From Schizochytrium sp. TIO01 (lineage: Eukaryota; Protista; Bigyra: Labyrinthulomycetes), in NCBI GenBank assembly GCA_004764695.1, contig SMSO01000032.1:7844483-7908482 (forward strand): 64,000 bases of DNA, in the 5' to 3' direction. This document shows positions 20,802 to 32,800 of the stretch, one piece after another. The translations under genes were made by a program, and so were the position numbers. The notes beneath the pieces were generated by a model. That model saw only the letters and a program-made list of their open reading frames with translations. It was not told the origin of the DNA and did no database searches. Within the stretch, counting starts at the first letter, position 1. Each line of letters starts with the position of its first letter.

Positions 20802-23800
20802 TTGCACGAAAAAATGCGGTTGTGGCCCGGTTCACGAACGTGTAAGCAAGAGCTTAGCAAAGGTCAAGGATCACGTTATGGGAAAGTTAAGAAGTAGTGC
20901 GTCTGTTATTTCACAACTAATGTCGCATCAATTGATCACCCGAGGCTAAACGAACAGCAATGATATTGCTGATGTTGTCTCAAATAAGCTTATCCAAAGA
21001 GCACAACTCGACTCACCCTGCTATAGCCTATTCTGAAGCGAGCGCCGCTCAGCTGTTATGAATTCCCGCAGATATATAAGATTTGGGTTTTGTTGAACTT
21101 GGATTTGAAAAATGATTTAAGAACATGCGATACTCTTAATATTTATGTCCTTCTTCCTGCGCTGGCTATGTAACTGTCCCTCCGTCAGAAACTAGCACTT
21201 AGTCCTAGTAGCTTTAATTTTTAAAGGCCTATATATTTCTTTAAAGATAATTAACATTAAAAAATAAAGTAAAACAATTAGAATAGATATCTCCTCAGGC
21301 TGGTATACATAGATAAGGTATGGATGAAACAGTCAGGCCCATTAACTCTGTGCTCTTGTTGTTTGCTTACATTTCTCGTGGGCTTCCCAGATCGACGTCA
21401 GAGCAGCTACGTCTCCCTTGAATCTATTTCGTGTACTGTGATTTATCTAAATAAGATTGGACCTTAGAGAGGAAAGACATAAATGAAGTTGCAGTTTGAG
21501 TGACCCAGAAAAACCTACCTACACCAGTCCGAAGGACTCAGTCTTACTCACTAGCGATCAGAACTTGACTCCTTTCGAAATATTGAATGAAGGCACTTGG
21601 CCTCAGATTTGCTGCAATGTGGCTTCAATTGCACCCCTGCAGTTATCTAATTTGCCCTACCCTATGTGAGGTTCGATTTTTTAAGTTTTACAGTTTACAA
21701 TTACAATTAGTTTAGTAAAACATCATATGTGTTAGCTACTCTACATAGAAGTGTATGGCAATGCCGTATTAAACTTATTATTATTTTAGTTTTAAAATAG
21801 TATTATTCTTGTATGTATATACATATTTTTTGAAGGTGTGATTTAATTATATAAAAAAACAGAGTTTATGTTATAATTAAAAATGAAAGAAAAATCCAAC
21901 GAAGACACGCAGCATTGTCCAACTCAAAAAGTAGAGAAGCTAAATAAAGAAACTCAACGGAAATAAAATAGAGTTTTTCTTTCAGGAACTTAGCACTTAT
22001 TGTTTTGATTAGGAGATATACTTTCTCTGATTAGTCAGTCAGGAGTAGTTTCTCACTCGGACAAGTCGGAGTCTTCGGGATGATGATTTGGGCTTAACAT
22101 GGTGCAAACACAATTAAAAGCATGCGGCACAATATTTCATCACGTATCACGATGTTGAAATCATTCGGTGTCAGCTTCAGCTTGTGGTCAGATGACAATT
22201 CCGACTCGCGAATGATTTCCAAGGCCGTACTTAAGCACGTTCAACTTGGCTTGATCCCCTACAATCAGTGGGGGATATAATACCTGGATAGTACCTACCT
22301 AGGCCCCACCAATAGGGACTATGAATATGTTCTTACTTCTGATGTGAAAACCTCATCGAAACATATAACGAGATGGAAGATGGTGAGCTCGATTGTTCCA
22401 GCAGTAGGAATTCTCCTGGCCAGTCGCACTCCGAGTTACCAGCATTCTCTCGGAAACCTGACTGGTTAGTAATGAGTGATTGTTTTGGCATGGGGTTTTA
22501 CCCAAGTTGCTAACTCGTCACCTGATGACATGGTAAGGTAGGTGCTAGACATCAAAGCGAAATTGCGAAGAATAGAGGACCACTTGCACAAAAGAAAAAC
22601 CTATATCACAAGCAGTAGTAGGCACCTCCTACCTACTATAGGCGCTGTTTCCATGGTTCCCGCAACACGGTCTATCGAGTGGGTCCGGATAGTAGCCTTC
22701 CTTCATGCAGCCAGCAGTACTCAACTTTCTTCACAGTACTCGACTGCTGTTCTCACATAATCCAAAACCTCATCTTAAATGTTATCTGTCTGCTACGATA
22801 CTTATCACTTTTTTTATATCTGCAGAGCTATTGTTTGTCCTTCAGGTACCAAAGTACAATTGGGCCGGAGTGGCGGAGAACTCACAAGTCTTTGCAATGT
22901 CGTTTCTTGAAATCATTTCGTAGATACCAATTTCCAAATTATGGGAGTTTGCTAAATTCGATTCTCTGTGCAGGTGCCAAAATCTCTTCGGTCAATACCT
23001 CAGACTGAATGCTTTTTCAGAGTGAAGTTTCTCTGGCACGGAAAATCAAGCATTCATATTGGGCTTACTCGTTGTTCAAGCTGCACGCGCATCAGTTATG
23101 CCAAAGTCTTTGAAACTCTGCACTGCCAGAACCTGCCTGCACAATCTGGATGTCTGTACTACCTTTGCACGATCTACTTAAGGTAGTAGGTAATAGGTAT
23201 TCTACCTACTCTGGATTAGATAACGTGAGTCTGCGAAATGTAAGCATGGTGGAATTAGGTACTAGGTTGTATCAAGTGCTACCCAATACCGATTGGTTGG
23301 ATTCCTTTCGCTCACCGAAGTTCTCTCTACTCAAAAAGTATTCATTTTTCTCTATTCCATCCTCTAACGTGACCAGAAACTCAAGTCAAAGCATATTACT
23401 CATACTGGTGTGTGGTGGGAAGGACCATGGAAATATGTAGATAGATGTAGGGATGGACGGATACCTAGGTATGGCGCGTTTGCACTTTATCAGCCTTTAT
23501 TATCCTCATTGAGTCAGTCCCTGCGAAATCATATCTATATCTATGGAAAACGAGCTGTTAAGGAATCTTTTCTATTTAGAGCAATCTAGCTTATAGAATG
23601 CAAATGCATTTGTTGATTGGTGGCGATCAAATACTAGAGTTGGCAATAGATAGGTCGGCTGGCAATTTCAACCTAGCATGCCGCGGCAAAACAATAGAAA
23701 AGTTAGTTGTTAGCATCCAATAATTAAACAAACGTAATGCAAACAAGTTGCAATCTATCCGTCAATCTTCATGCCTGTTCTTGGGTTCTGATGCGAGATA

Positions 23801-26533
23801 GATCCTTAGCTAATATCTAAATACTAGCTGGACAGAGTGGTGCCAAGTGGAAAAGAATATGGTTTAGGCCTGAAACACAACGTTATAACAATGTGGTGCA
23901 GGGAAATAGTCCCGACCTACTACTCCACCACGACATATTGCTTTACTTTAGAGCTAAGCATACTAAATTTGACGTTCTATGGAAATCTACATCTGTTGAT
24001 TTGAAGTAGTAAAAAAGCTTTTCGCACCCTTCAGGCGCAAGGTTTTCTTATTAATTATTAATTATTAATTATTTTTAAAAATTATTTTTAGAAAAAGAAA
24101 ACAAACTATAAATTACTGAGATATCTAACACTGGAACACAAACAAGGTTTTGATGGAAAGCTTGCATGAAGTTCGATCACTGCTATGTCTATGGCGTGAA
24201 AGGGATGCGGTAGGAATCCATACGTACGCTTCTCTTTACTAACCTAACAGGAAAGTCACGTGTCAACAACAAGGCGACATGATTATTTAGCTACTCTAAA
24301 GCGGAGGAGGCGCGATTCCTTGAAAACTACCTCTTAGAGCAAAAGATGGCAAATGCACTCAAACACTATTCCTGTTAATTCTTTTACTTGATCATAACTC
24401 AAGTTAAAATATGTCGCTGTTAACAAATATATATGAACACTAGTGCGACTTGGTCTTAGCTATTCACAGCTGAGCAGTTTATTAGACAAAGCAAGAAGAA
24501 ACGGGTAGCAAGAGACTCAGCTAAGCTCAAAATCAGACCAACAACAGGTGTTGCCATGTCGAGGATAGCTGTATTATAATGCCAGAGCTAGCGTACATAG
24601 CTGCCAGCTATTTCCTCGCATGGATAAACAGATCATAATTCCCATTTCTGAAAATATTGAATTCTATTCGCATGAAGTGTCACCGTTTGCATTTGTCGAT
24701 GTTCTCAGCATGGGACTCTAAGCGCTTTGCATGCTGGTAAGTAGGTTGCTTATACAGATCCATATTCTAAGTGTCGATTCCAAGATTCTAATCCCAACAA
24801 TATTGGTCAGGTTTTTCTGAAAGGATAATTTCAGGAAGCCTCGAATAGCACTAGTGCTTGCCACCAAACGCCTACCATCCGCTGGGTGAGTTTATGGTCG
24901 ACGTCTTATCGCACTACAGCCTATCTCCTTTGAACGTTGCTGCAAATGGATTTACAAGTTCTTCAAGCCATGGTTACTCTGCCGCTATATTTACTTTACA
25001 GGTCTGATGACATTCTAGGTCTCATAAAAAGTTATCACATGGCATTTCACTTGACGGGGGTCGATGTTATTGAAGCACGTGACCCGAATCCAGGTCGCTC
25101 AACAAGCAGCTCAACGAGAGGGCCGTAGTAGACCCTATTATCAGTGTCCCCGTACAATTTATAAACATAGCAAGAACTGTCAAGAATAAATTTAATGACA
25201 AAAAAGCCTGCCTGCCTTCCTCCCTCACGAGCATAATTAGAAATTTTCCTACAACCCCCCTCCAAACCCACCCAAATCTTAAGAGTCTCTGCAATTTCCG
25301 AGATAATCTTCAAAGATTTGGAAGTAGGATATATTGAGAGCCTATTTGAATGCATTTTGATAATAAAAAAATGCCTCTTTTGGTTCAGGTGATCAGCTAG
25401 TGAGAACCTCTTAGCACCTTTTGAAGTCCACCCGATGTACTTTGGTATGCCTTTTGGCATATTGATCTTACTTGCTAACGATGGGAGGTGACACTCAGAG
25501 TCGCTCTGTACCAGGTTAACCTGTATGAAGGCCTGTAGCTCTTCCTCTCTCGTGTAGATCACGTAGAGCCTAAAGAAATTGATTCACTTCAAGTGAGACC
25601 ATCAGAGATTTAGACTTGTACATCGGTTTAGGGAGATCACCAGTGTTTCTCTGTGCCTTGAACCTGTAATGAAACTTTCACAGTAATACAGCTGAAAAGC
25701 TCCATGATCTAGGGGCAGGTATGATGTGATGGTGCCTAAAAAAATGTTTCAAGTCAAGCATTACTTACACTGAGAGTTCATTCTCTTTCCTAACAGATTA
25801 TCTGAGGGGACTTAAGACCAGGTTGCGCGAGATTATGATCTAGGCTGAATGTCAGCGAATCGGTATTCACAAGACTTGCAAAACAAACGTTTGCAAGTTG
25901 GAAAGAAAAGAAGAGACAACGAAGTTGTAGTACCTATGTAGGCCGATGGTACAAAAGAAAGACAGAAAAGAAATGTATTGAGTGATCCTTTGGACCTGAG
26001 ATTTTTACCCAATCTGAAAGATTTTAACTCAGTACCTCTGACTAGTGAGAATGGGAAATGTCAGGGAGGGGAAAAAACCAAGCGTTGAGATGTTCTTGTC
26101 ATTCGCCTCTTTTTCTACATTCCCTTGCTCAACATCACTCTACCTACCTACTGAATCTTAGCACCTGTTGCTCAGTAGATCTGCAGTAAAGTAGGACCCA
26201 ACTCAGCTCAGCCCTGATCTAACTATGTCTGGTGAAAGCTTGTCTCGATCTTCAAGTTCTTCGATACACCTGCACCTTTCTACTAGTAAAGTCGGTGTGT
26301 ATGTGTGGAGCCAACTACTAGCAGAGGCAGTTAGTTAGATCCATAGAACTTCATAGGCTTCTCCAGATCAAATAGGCAGTTACTTAGCTGAGCAGGTAAG
26401 GTTAAGTTGTGCCCTAACTGGCAAGTCAATTTCTCCTACAGCTGTTACTAACAGACACTTGTAAGCAGTGGTACTACCAAGTGCTAGTCCCTCCTACTAA
26501 TCCTTGTTCATCTTTGTTATTATCATCGTAGAC

Positions 26534-26638
<105 letters not shown>

Positions 26639-26883
26639 TGGAGAGAGAGAGAAATAATCGAAACATAGGAAAGAGGAAGCGAGGGAAAAAGAGAAAGGCG
26701 AATGAGGAATAAATAAATAAATAAATAAAGAAAGGGCAATGAATAGGAGGGCGTAGGATATAGGCTTAAGTATATTAAAGGAGGAGGAATAAACTTAAGA
26801 GAAGTAAGAAGAAGAGACGATCAAATCATCAGATAAATCAGATCAGTCAAACAACAGGCAGACCTATACAAGAGGCCGTCGCC

Positions 26884-29800
26884 ATGGATCTACCGCCGCG
26901 CTCGGTAGGGGCAGGCGGGCACCTCGGAGGTCAACCCTCAAACTCCATGCAGCAGCAACAGCAGCAGCAGCTGCTGCGACAGCAACTACAGCAGCAGCAA
27001 CAGACGCAGCAGGTGCAACAGTCGCAGCAAGTCCAACCGCAGCGACAAGGTGCGCCGCAGTCTGCGGCAGCCTTCGCCTCCCAGGGCGTGCATGGTGTAC
27101 AGCAACAACAACAGCAACAACAATACCAGTACCAGCACAACCAACAGCAGCAGCCGCAGCAGCACATGATGCAGAGCCGCGGCCAAATCCCAAGCGGCGC
27201 CCAGCATTTTCACCAAAATCAACAACAACAACAACAAATGCAGTACGGACAGCGCCAACAACAATTCCAACATCAGCAGCATCCGTCATCTTACCAGAAC
27301 TCCACAACTACGCAGAGGAGACCATCGTACGCGAGGGTGATGACAATGGTGCCTGCGAACCCCAGCAACAACAGGAACAATATGAGCAACACGAGTAACA
27401 TGAATAGCAATGCTGCCCAAGGATCGCGTGACATGGGGCCTGCGAGAACGCGAGGAGGCGGAGCAGTGGGCAGCAGAGGTGGAAGAGGAGGATCACGAGG
27501 AGGCAGAGCAGGAGTGGAGAGAGCAGGCTCTGCGAGGAAGAAGAAAAAGTCTCTGGCAGAGGACAAGCTCATGGGTGAGCACGCGGCCTTCTTTGAGGAG
27601 ATGGAAAGAGAGGAAGCAGCACCCAGGGAGAAAGAGGAACCTCTTATTGAAACCATCCTCGGCAGGAGACTCCGCGAAGATTATGATCCCGAGCTAGAGG
27701 AGGAAGGAGACGAAGACGATGATGCAGACGCAGACGCAGAATCGTCTTCTGTATCCGGCATTCCTAATAGCAGTAGTAGCTCCAATGGAAGAGCGAACTC
27801 TGGACAGGGCGCTCTATTGGAGAGTGTTGAGGTTCAGACACCCACGAAAAAGAAGAAGGCCAAGACTCGACGAGAGCTCCTTGAAGAGGAGGACGAGAGA
27901 CGCCGAGTTGAACAGGACAAATTTGAGTTTCTAGTCAAGTGGCGTGGCAAGTCTTACCTGCACGCGGACTGGGTAAGCCCAGATCTCATTGATCTCGATG
28001 TGAACGGGTCCCAAAGGCTTAAACGCTTCGTTAACACCCTTCCTTCCGAGCAGGAAGAAGCAAGCGCGAACTCGAACAGAGGCCGCGAAGAAATAGAGTA
28101 CTTCGATCCCACCTTCGTCGAAGTTGACCGCATCCTGGACGAGTCTAAGGAGGATGATCCACAAACGCAGGCCAAACGCACACCCTCGTGGATCCGTGAA
28201 GCCACGCAGATTCTGTCAAAGATCATCAACTACCGCCGCAAAGGAACCAAGTTCTCTATGTTTTTTATGGAGCCTGTAGATGAAGAACGTGATGGCGCAC
28301 CAGGATATCACGAGATGATCGCGCAACCCATGGACTTTGGCACAATCCACGACAGGCTACTTGGCGGTCATCACTACAACACTATGGATGATTTTGCCAA
28401 AGACATGCGTCTTGTGTTTGCGAACTGTAGAATTTACAACACAGACCCCGAACTCTTCGTACGCGAGTGCAGCGAAAAGCTGTCTGAGATATTCGAACAA
28501 AAGTTTGGAGCCCTTAAGGCCAGCCAGGCCGAGCTCAACGAGAAGGACAAGGGGGCCCTTTATTTGGTTAAATGGAAAAACATGAGTTACGCAGACTCTA
28601 CCTGGGAACGGGCCACAGATATTCTCGACGATCACGCAATTGCTGCATACCGTCGCCGCAGCAAGATCCCAGCAGCGAAGCGCCAAGCTGTTCAGAGCAC
28701 CAATATTGAGAACAAGATCAATACCGAGCGCTCTGTTCTAGCACAACAACAGGACCTTCACCGTCGTCGAGTCACTGAACATCTTGAATCACAACGCCGG
28801 ATTCTGCGCCAACGACAAGAAGGCGAACGTCAGGAACTTCTTGAGCGACAGCGTCGCGAGATGCAGCAACAGCAAGCCATGTACGCAAGCGGCTCTAATG
28901 GAGCTCCGTACCAGAATTTCCCTCCCAACTTTCAGGCCTACATGCAACAACTGCAACAAAGTCACAAGCAGCAGCAAGACCGTCTCGTCCAGGCACACAG
29001 CGAACAGGAGCGACAGTTTACATTACAACAGCAACAGCATATTCAACTTACGAACAACCAACTCCAAACTCAGAATCAGCAGCTTGAACAGCGTCATCAG
29101 CAGCTTAGAGCTCAGATGCAGCAAAATGAAGAGGTAGATAATGAGGCTGTCGCAGCGGCCGCCGAGGGCCATCACGCGACATCTAGCTCAGGATCACGGT
29201 TCTTCAAATACACTGAGTCCCCTGCCTTCAAGGACGGCCTCAGACTTCGCTCGTATCAGCTGGAAGGTCTGAACTGGCTGGCTTTCAACTACGCCAACAA
29301 CCGCGGATCACTCCTTGCTGATGAAATGGGTCTCGGTAAAACATGTCAAACCGTTTCTTTCGTCCGCCATCTAAAGTTGCATGGAAATCCACCAAATCGT
29401 CCTGCCCTTGTTGTTGCGCCTCTCTCTACTCTCGGCCACTGGCGCAATGAATTTGAGCGCTGGACAGACCTCAACTGCGTCTTATATCATGACGGTGGTA
29501 ATAGAAAGGTGACCGGATCCGCTGCCCGTGCACTCATTCGTGAGCACGAGTTCTACTATTGGCGCAAAAATTCCAAGACTGGTGTTGCCACTGCGATCCC
29601 AAATCTCTATAAGTTTGATGTCATTGTGACTTCTTATGAGGCCTTGAGTGCTGATGGTCCAGAGTTTGCTGGCATCAAGTGGTCTGGCGTCATTGTTGAT
29701 GAGGGACACCGTTTGAAGTCAAAAAAGAGTAAGCTAGCGCAAACCTTTGCTGATTTTATCAAGGCTGATGTGCGGGTTATTCTCACGGGTACACCCTTGC

Positions 29801-32800
29801 AGAACAATGTCGGTGAACTCTGGGCACTTTTGAATTTTATCGAGCCGAAAGAGTTCCCCGATCGTGAAGACTTCCTTGAGCACTTTGGTGATATGCAAAA
29901 CGCAGAGCAAGTTCAAGCCCTTCAAGCAAGAGTAAAACCTTATATGCTGCGCCGGCTTAAGGAGCATGTTGAAAAGGACATCCCTGCTAAGGAGGAAACC
30001 GTTATTGATGTGGAGCTCACAAACCTACAAAAGAAATACTACCGTGCCATCTTTGAGCGCAACCGCGAATTCCTGGGCGGCGGGCCTGGCGTTGTTAACA
30101 ATCGAAATGGAGTCTCTCCGCAACTTATCAGTATTGAGATGGAACTGCGTAAATGCTGTAACCACCCATTCCTCATTTCTGGAGTTGAGCAACGTGAGGC
30201 ATTGACAGGGGATATCAAGTACGAATCGGAGGAATATCTTCAACAAATGATTCAGGCAAGTGGTAAAATGGTCCTTCTCGATAAGTTGTTGGACAAGCTT
30301 CGCAAAGAAGGCCGTAAGGTTCTTATCTTTTCCCAATTCAAAATGATGCTCGATATCATATCCGACTACTGCGCTCACCCATGCCGCCAATATCCACTGG
30401 AACGCATTGATGGTAATGTCTCAGGTAATGCTCGTCAAAAGGCCATTGACCGCTTCAGTGATCCTGAAAGTAAAAGCTTCGTCTTTCTGCTTTCTACACG
30501 TGCTGGTGGCGTTGGTATTAACCTCACCGCTGCAGACACCGTGATTATCTTTGATAGTGATTGGAATCCACAAAATGACCTCCAAGCCATGGCTCGCTGC
30601 CATCGAATCGGCCAAAAGAAGTCAGTTAACGTATATCGCTTTGTGACTCGCTTGACTTACGAGTCTCATCTGTTTGATCGCGCTGCAAAGAAGCTTGGCC
30701 TTGAGCAAGCAGTTCTGGGCCGCCAAGGTTCTAGTGCTGTTGCTGAACCCGCCTCAAAGGAGGAAATTGAGGAGCTACTTAAATACGGTGCATATCGTCT
30801 TCTGGAAGATGACGAAGAAGCAGCCAAGAAGCAGAAGGAATACTCAGAAGCTAATATTGATGACTTGCTTACCAACAGCCGCAAGGTCAACTGGGACAAA
30901 GCGGGAGCGAATCCAGATGGTAACAATGGGTTTTCTTTCTCAAAAGCCTCCTTTGTCGCTGCAGGCACTGATCAAGAAATTGACGTGCAAGATCCCAAGT
31001 TTTGGACAAAGGTGCTTGGTGAGGATCCTCGAAGTACAATGCTTGCTCGTCTTATGGACGGTTCTGCCTGTGAGACAGAAGAAAAGAAGCAGGCTTTCTT
31101 CTTGGAGCTTCGCGTGGTGGGTCACCAGGTAATCGATGAAAAGCTGAAAGGCAACGCAACCCCTGATTTCGAGCAAGAGATTATCAACTGTCTCGAAATG
31201 TTCAAGGACCTCAAACGCACATTTAACAGTCGCGAGCAAGCAGCTGCCGACCAAATGCTGCAACAGATCAAGCGCCCTTCTCGAAGAAACTATGATGTCA
31301 GCAAAATTAAAACCTTCTTTGATGGTGAGCGTCTGCCAGGTATGGACGAACCTGCTCCAGTTCAGGCGCCTGAGAAGGTTGCCTCTGACGGGGAAGACGA
31401 CGATGCGAATGATGATGACTATCAGGGATCATCATCAAACAACAAGAAACCTCGCCGCTTTGTCGAGGTTGACGGACGCAAAGTTGAAATGCTTATTATT
31501 CAAGGCAAATGGATCGATCCTGAAATTCTTCGCCAGACTGTTGAAGATTTCGGTGGTTACGAAAAGGTGGTCGTCGAGCGTCTCTGGCAATCTATCCGCC
31601 GCAAGCTTGAATTGCGCGAGACGTCCTCCTGTGGACATCAAATTCATAAGGCTTACAAGAAGTACTTTTATCCTGACCCTGACTCTATGCCTGTTGTCGA
31701 CGTCGAAGAGGCGCGCCGACAGAAGAAAATCGAGAAGGAGAAGCGTCAGCAAGAAGAGACCGCTGACCGTAAACGCCGTCGCTCTGACGTCGGGACCAAA
31801 CGCACATCAGCTCGCTCTGCTAAGAAGGCCAAAAAGTCTCGCAACTCAAGTGCTGCGAGTATAACTGATAGCGTCTCAGCAAAACCGAAACGTACCGAGC
31901 CAGAAGTGAAAATTGAAATTTTTGAACCCAAAGTCTACGAAGACCTCGATGCTGAGGGTAAGCCATGGTGCCGCTACTGTGGCGCCATCGAGACCTCGTC
32001 ATGGTCACGGGGTCCATGGGGCCCACAAACCCTTTGTATTGCACATTACTCGCAGCATTACCAAAAGAAATCTCTTGATCTTAGCGAATATGAAGAAATG
32101 CCCAAGCAGCCGATCAACCCTGAGACAAACACGCAATTCAGGTATCTTGCTCGAAAAAAAGCAAAGGAAGATAAACGGCGTGAATACGAGGACTTAAATC
32201 AGGAAGATGATGACGAAGGGGATAACATGGACTTGGAGGACGAAGAAGAGGAAGATGATGACCTTGACTCTTCGGGCTTTCCTCGTCGTCGGATGCGCCG
32301 CACTACTCGTCTTCGGACGACGACCTCTCGTCGTCGAAGTGCAGCGGCTGCTGAACGGGCTATGGCTCGTGCTGCTGCCGAAGAAGACGAGGATAAAGAA
32401 GATGAGGACGAAGAGGATGAGGATGAGGACAAAAAGTCGACCTCTAAGAACAATGAAAATGATGAAGACGATGAAGAGAACGGTGATGATGAGGACGAAG
32501 AGGAAAAACGCCCAAAGCGGGGTAGGAAAAGAAAGGCAGTAAAAAGGACACCCAAAAAAGTGAAGAAAGAAGCCAGGGCTAAGACATCAGACGATGAAGA
32601 TGCTGATGAAAATGCTGACATTGAGGAAAAGGATGATGCTGAGGCAAAGGACGACGATGCCAAGGCTAAGGATGACGGTGCCAAGGCAAAGGACAACGAT
32701 GCCGAGGCAAAGGACGACGATGCCAAGTCAAAGGACGACGATGCCAAGTCAAAGGACGACGATGCTGAGGCAAAGGACGATGATGCTGAGGCAAAGGGCG

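Noticed and set aside
25047-25562. 171-aa minus-strand ORF
   Set aside because: GTG start, no recognisable motif, composition like intergenic DNA.
26864-27307. Cys-, Leu- or Ala-rich antisense ORFs
   Set aside because: Reverse frames of the CAG/CAA polyQ region.
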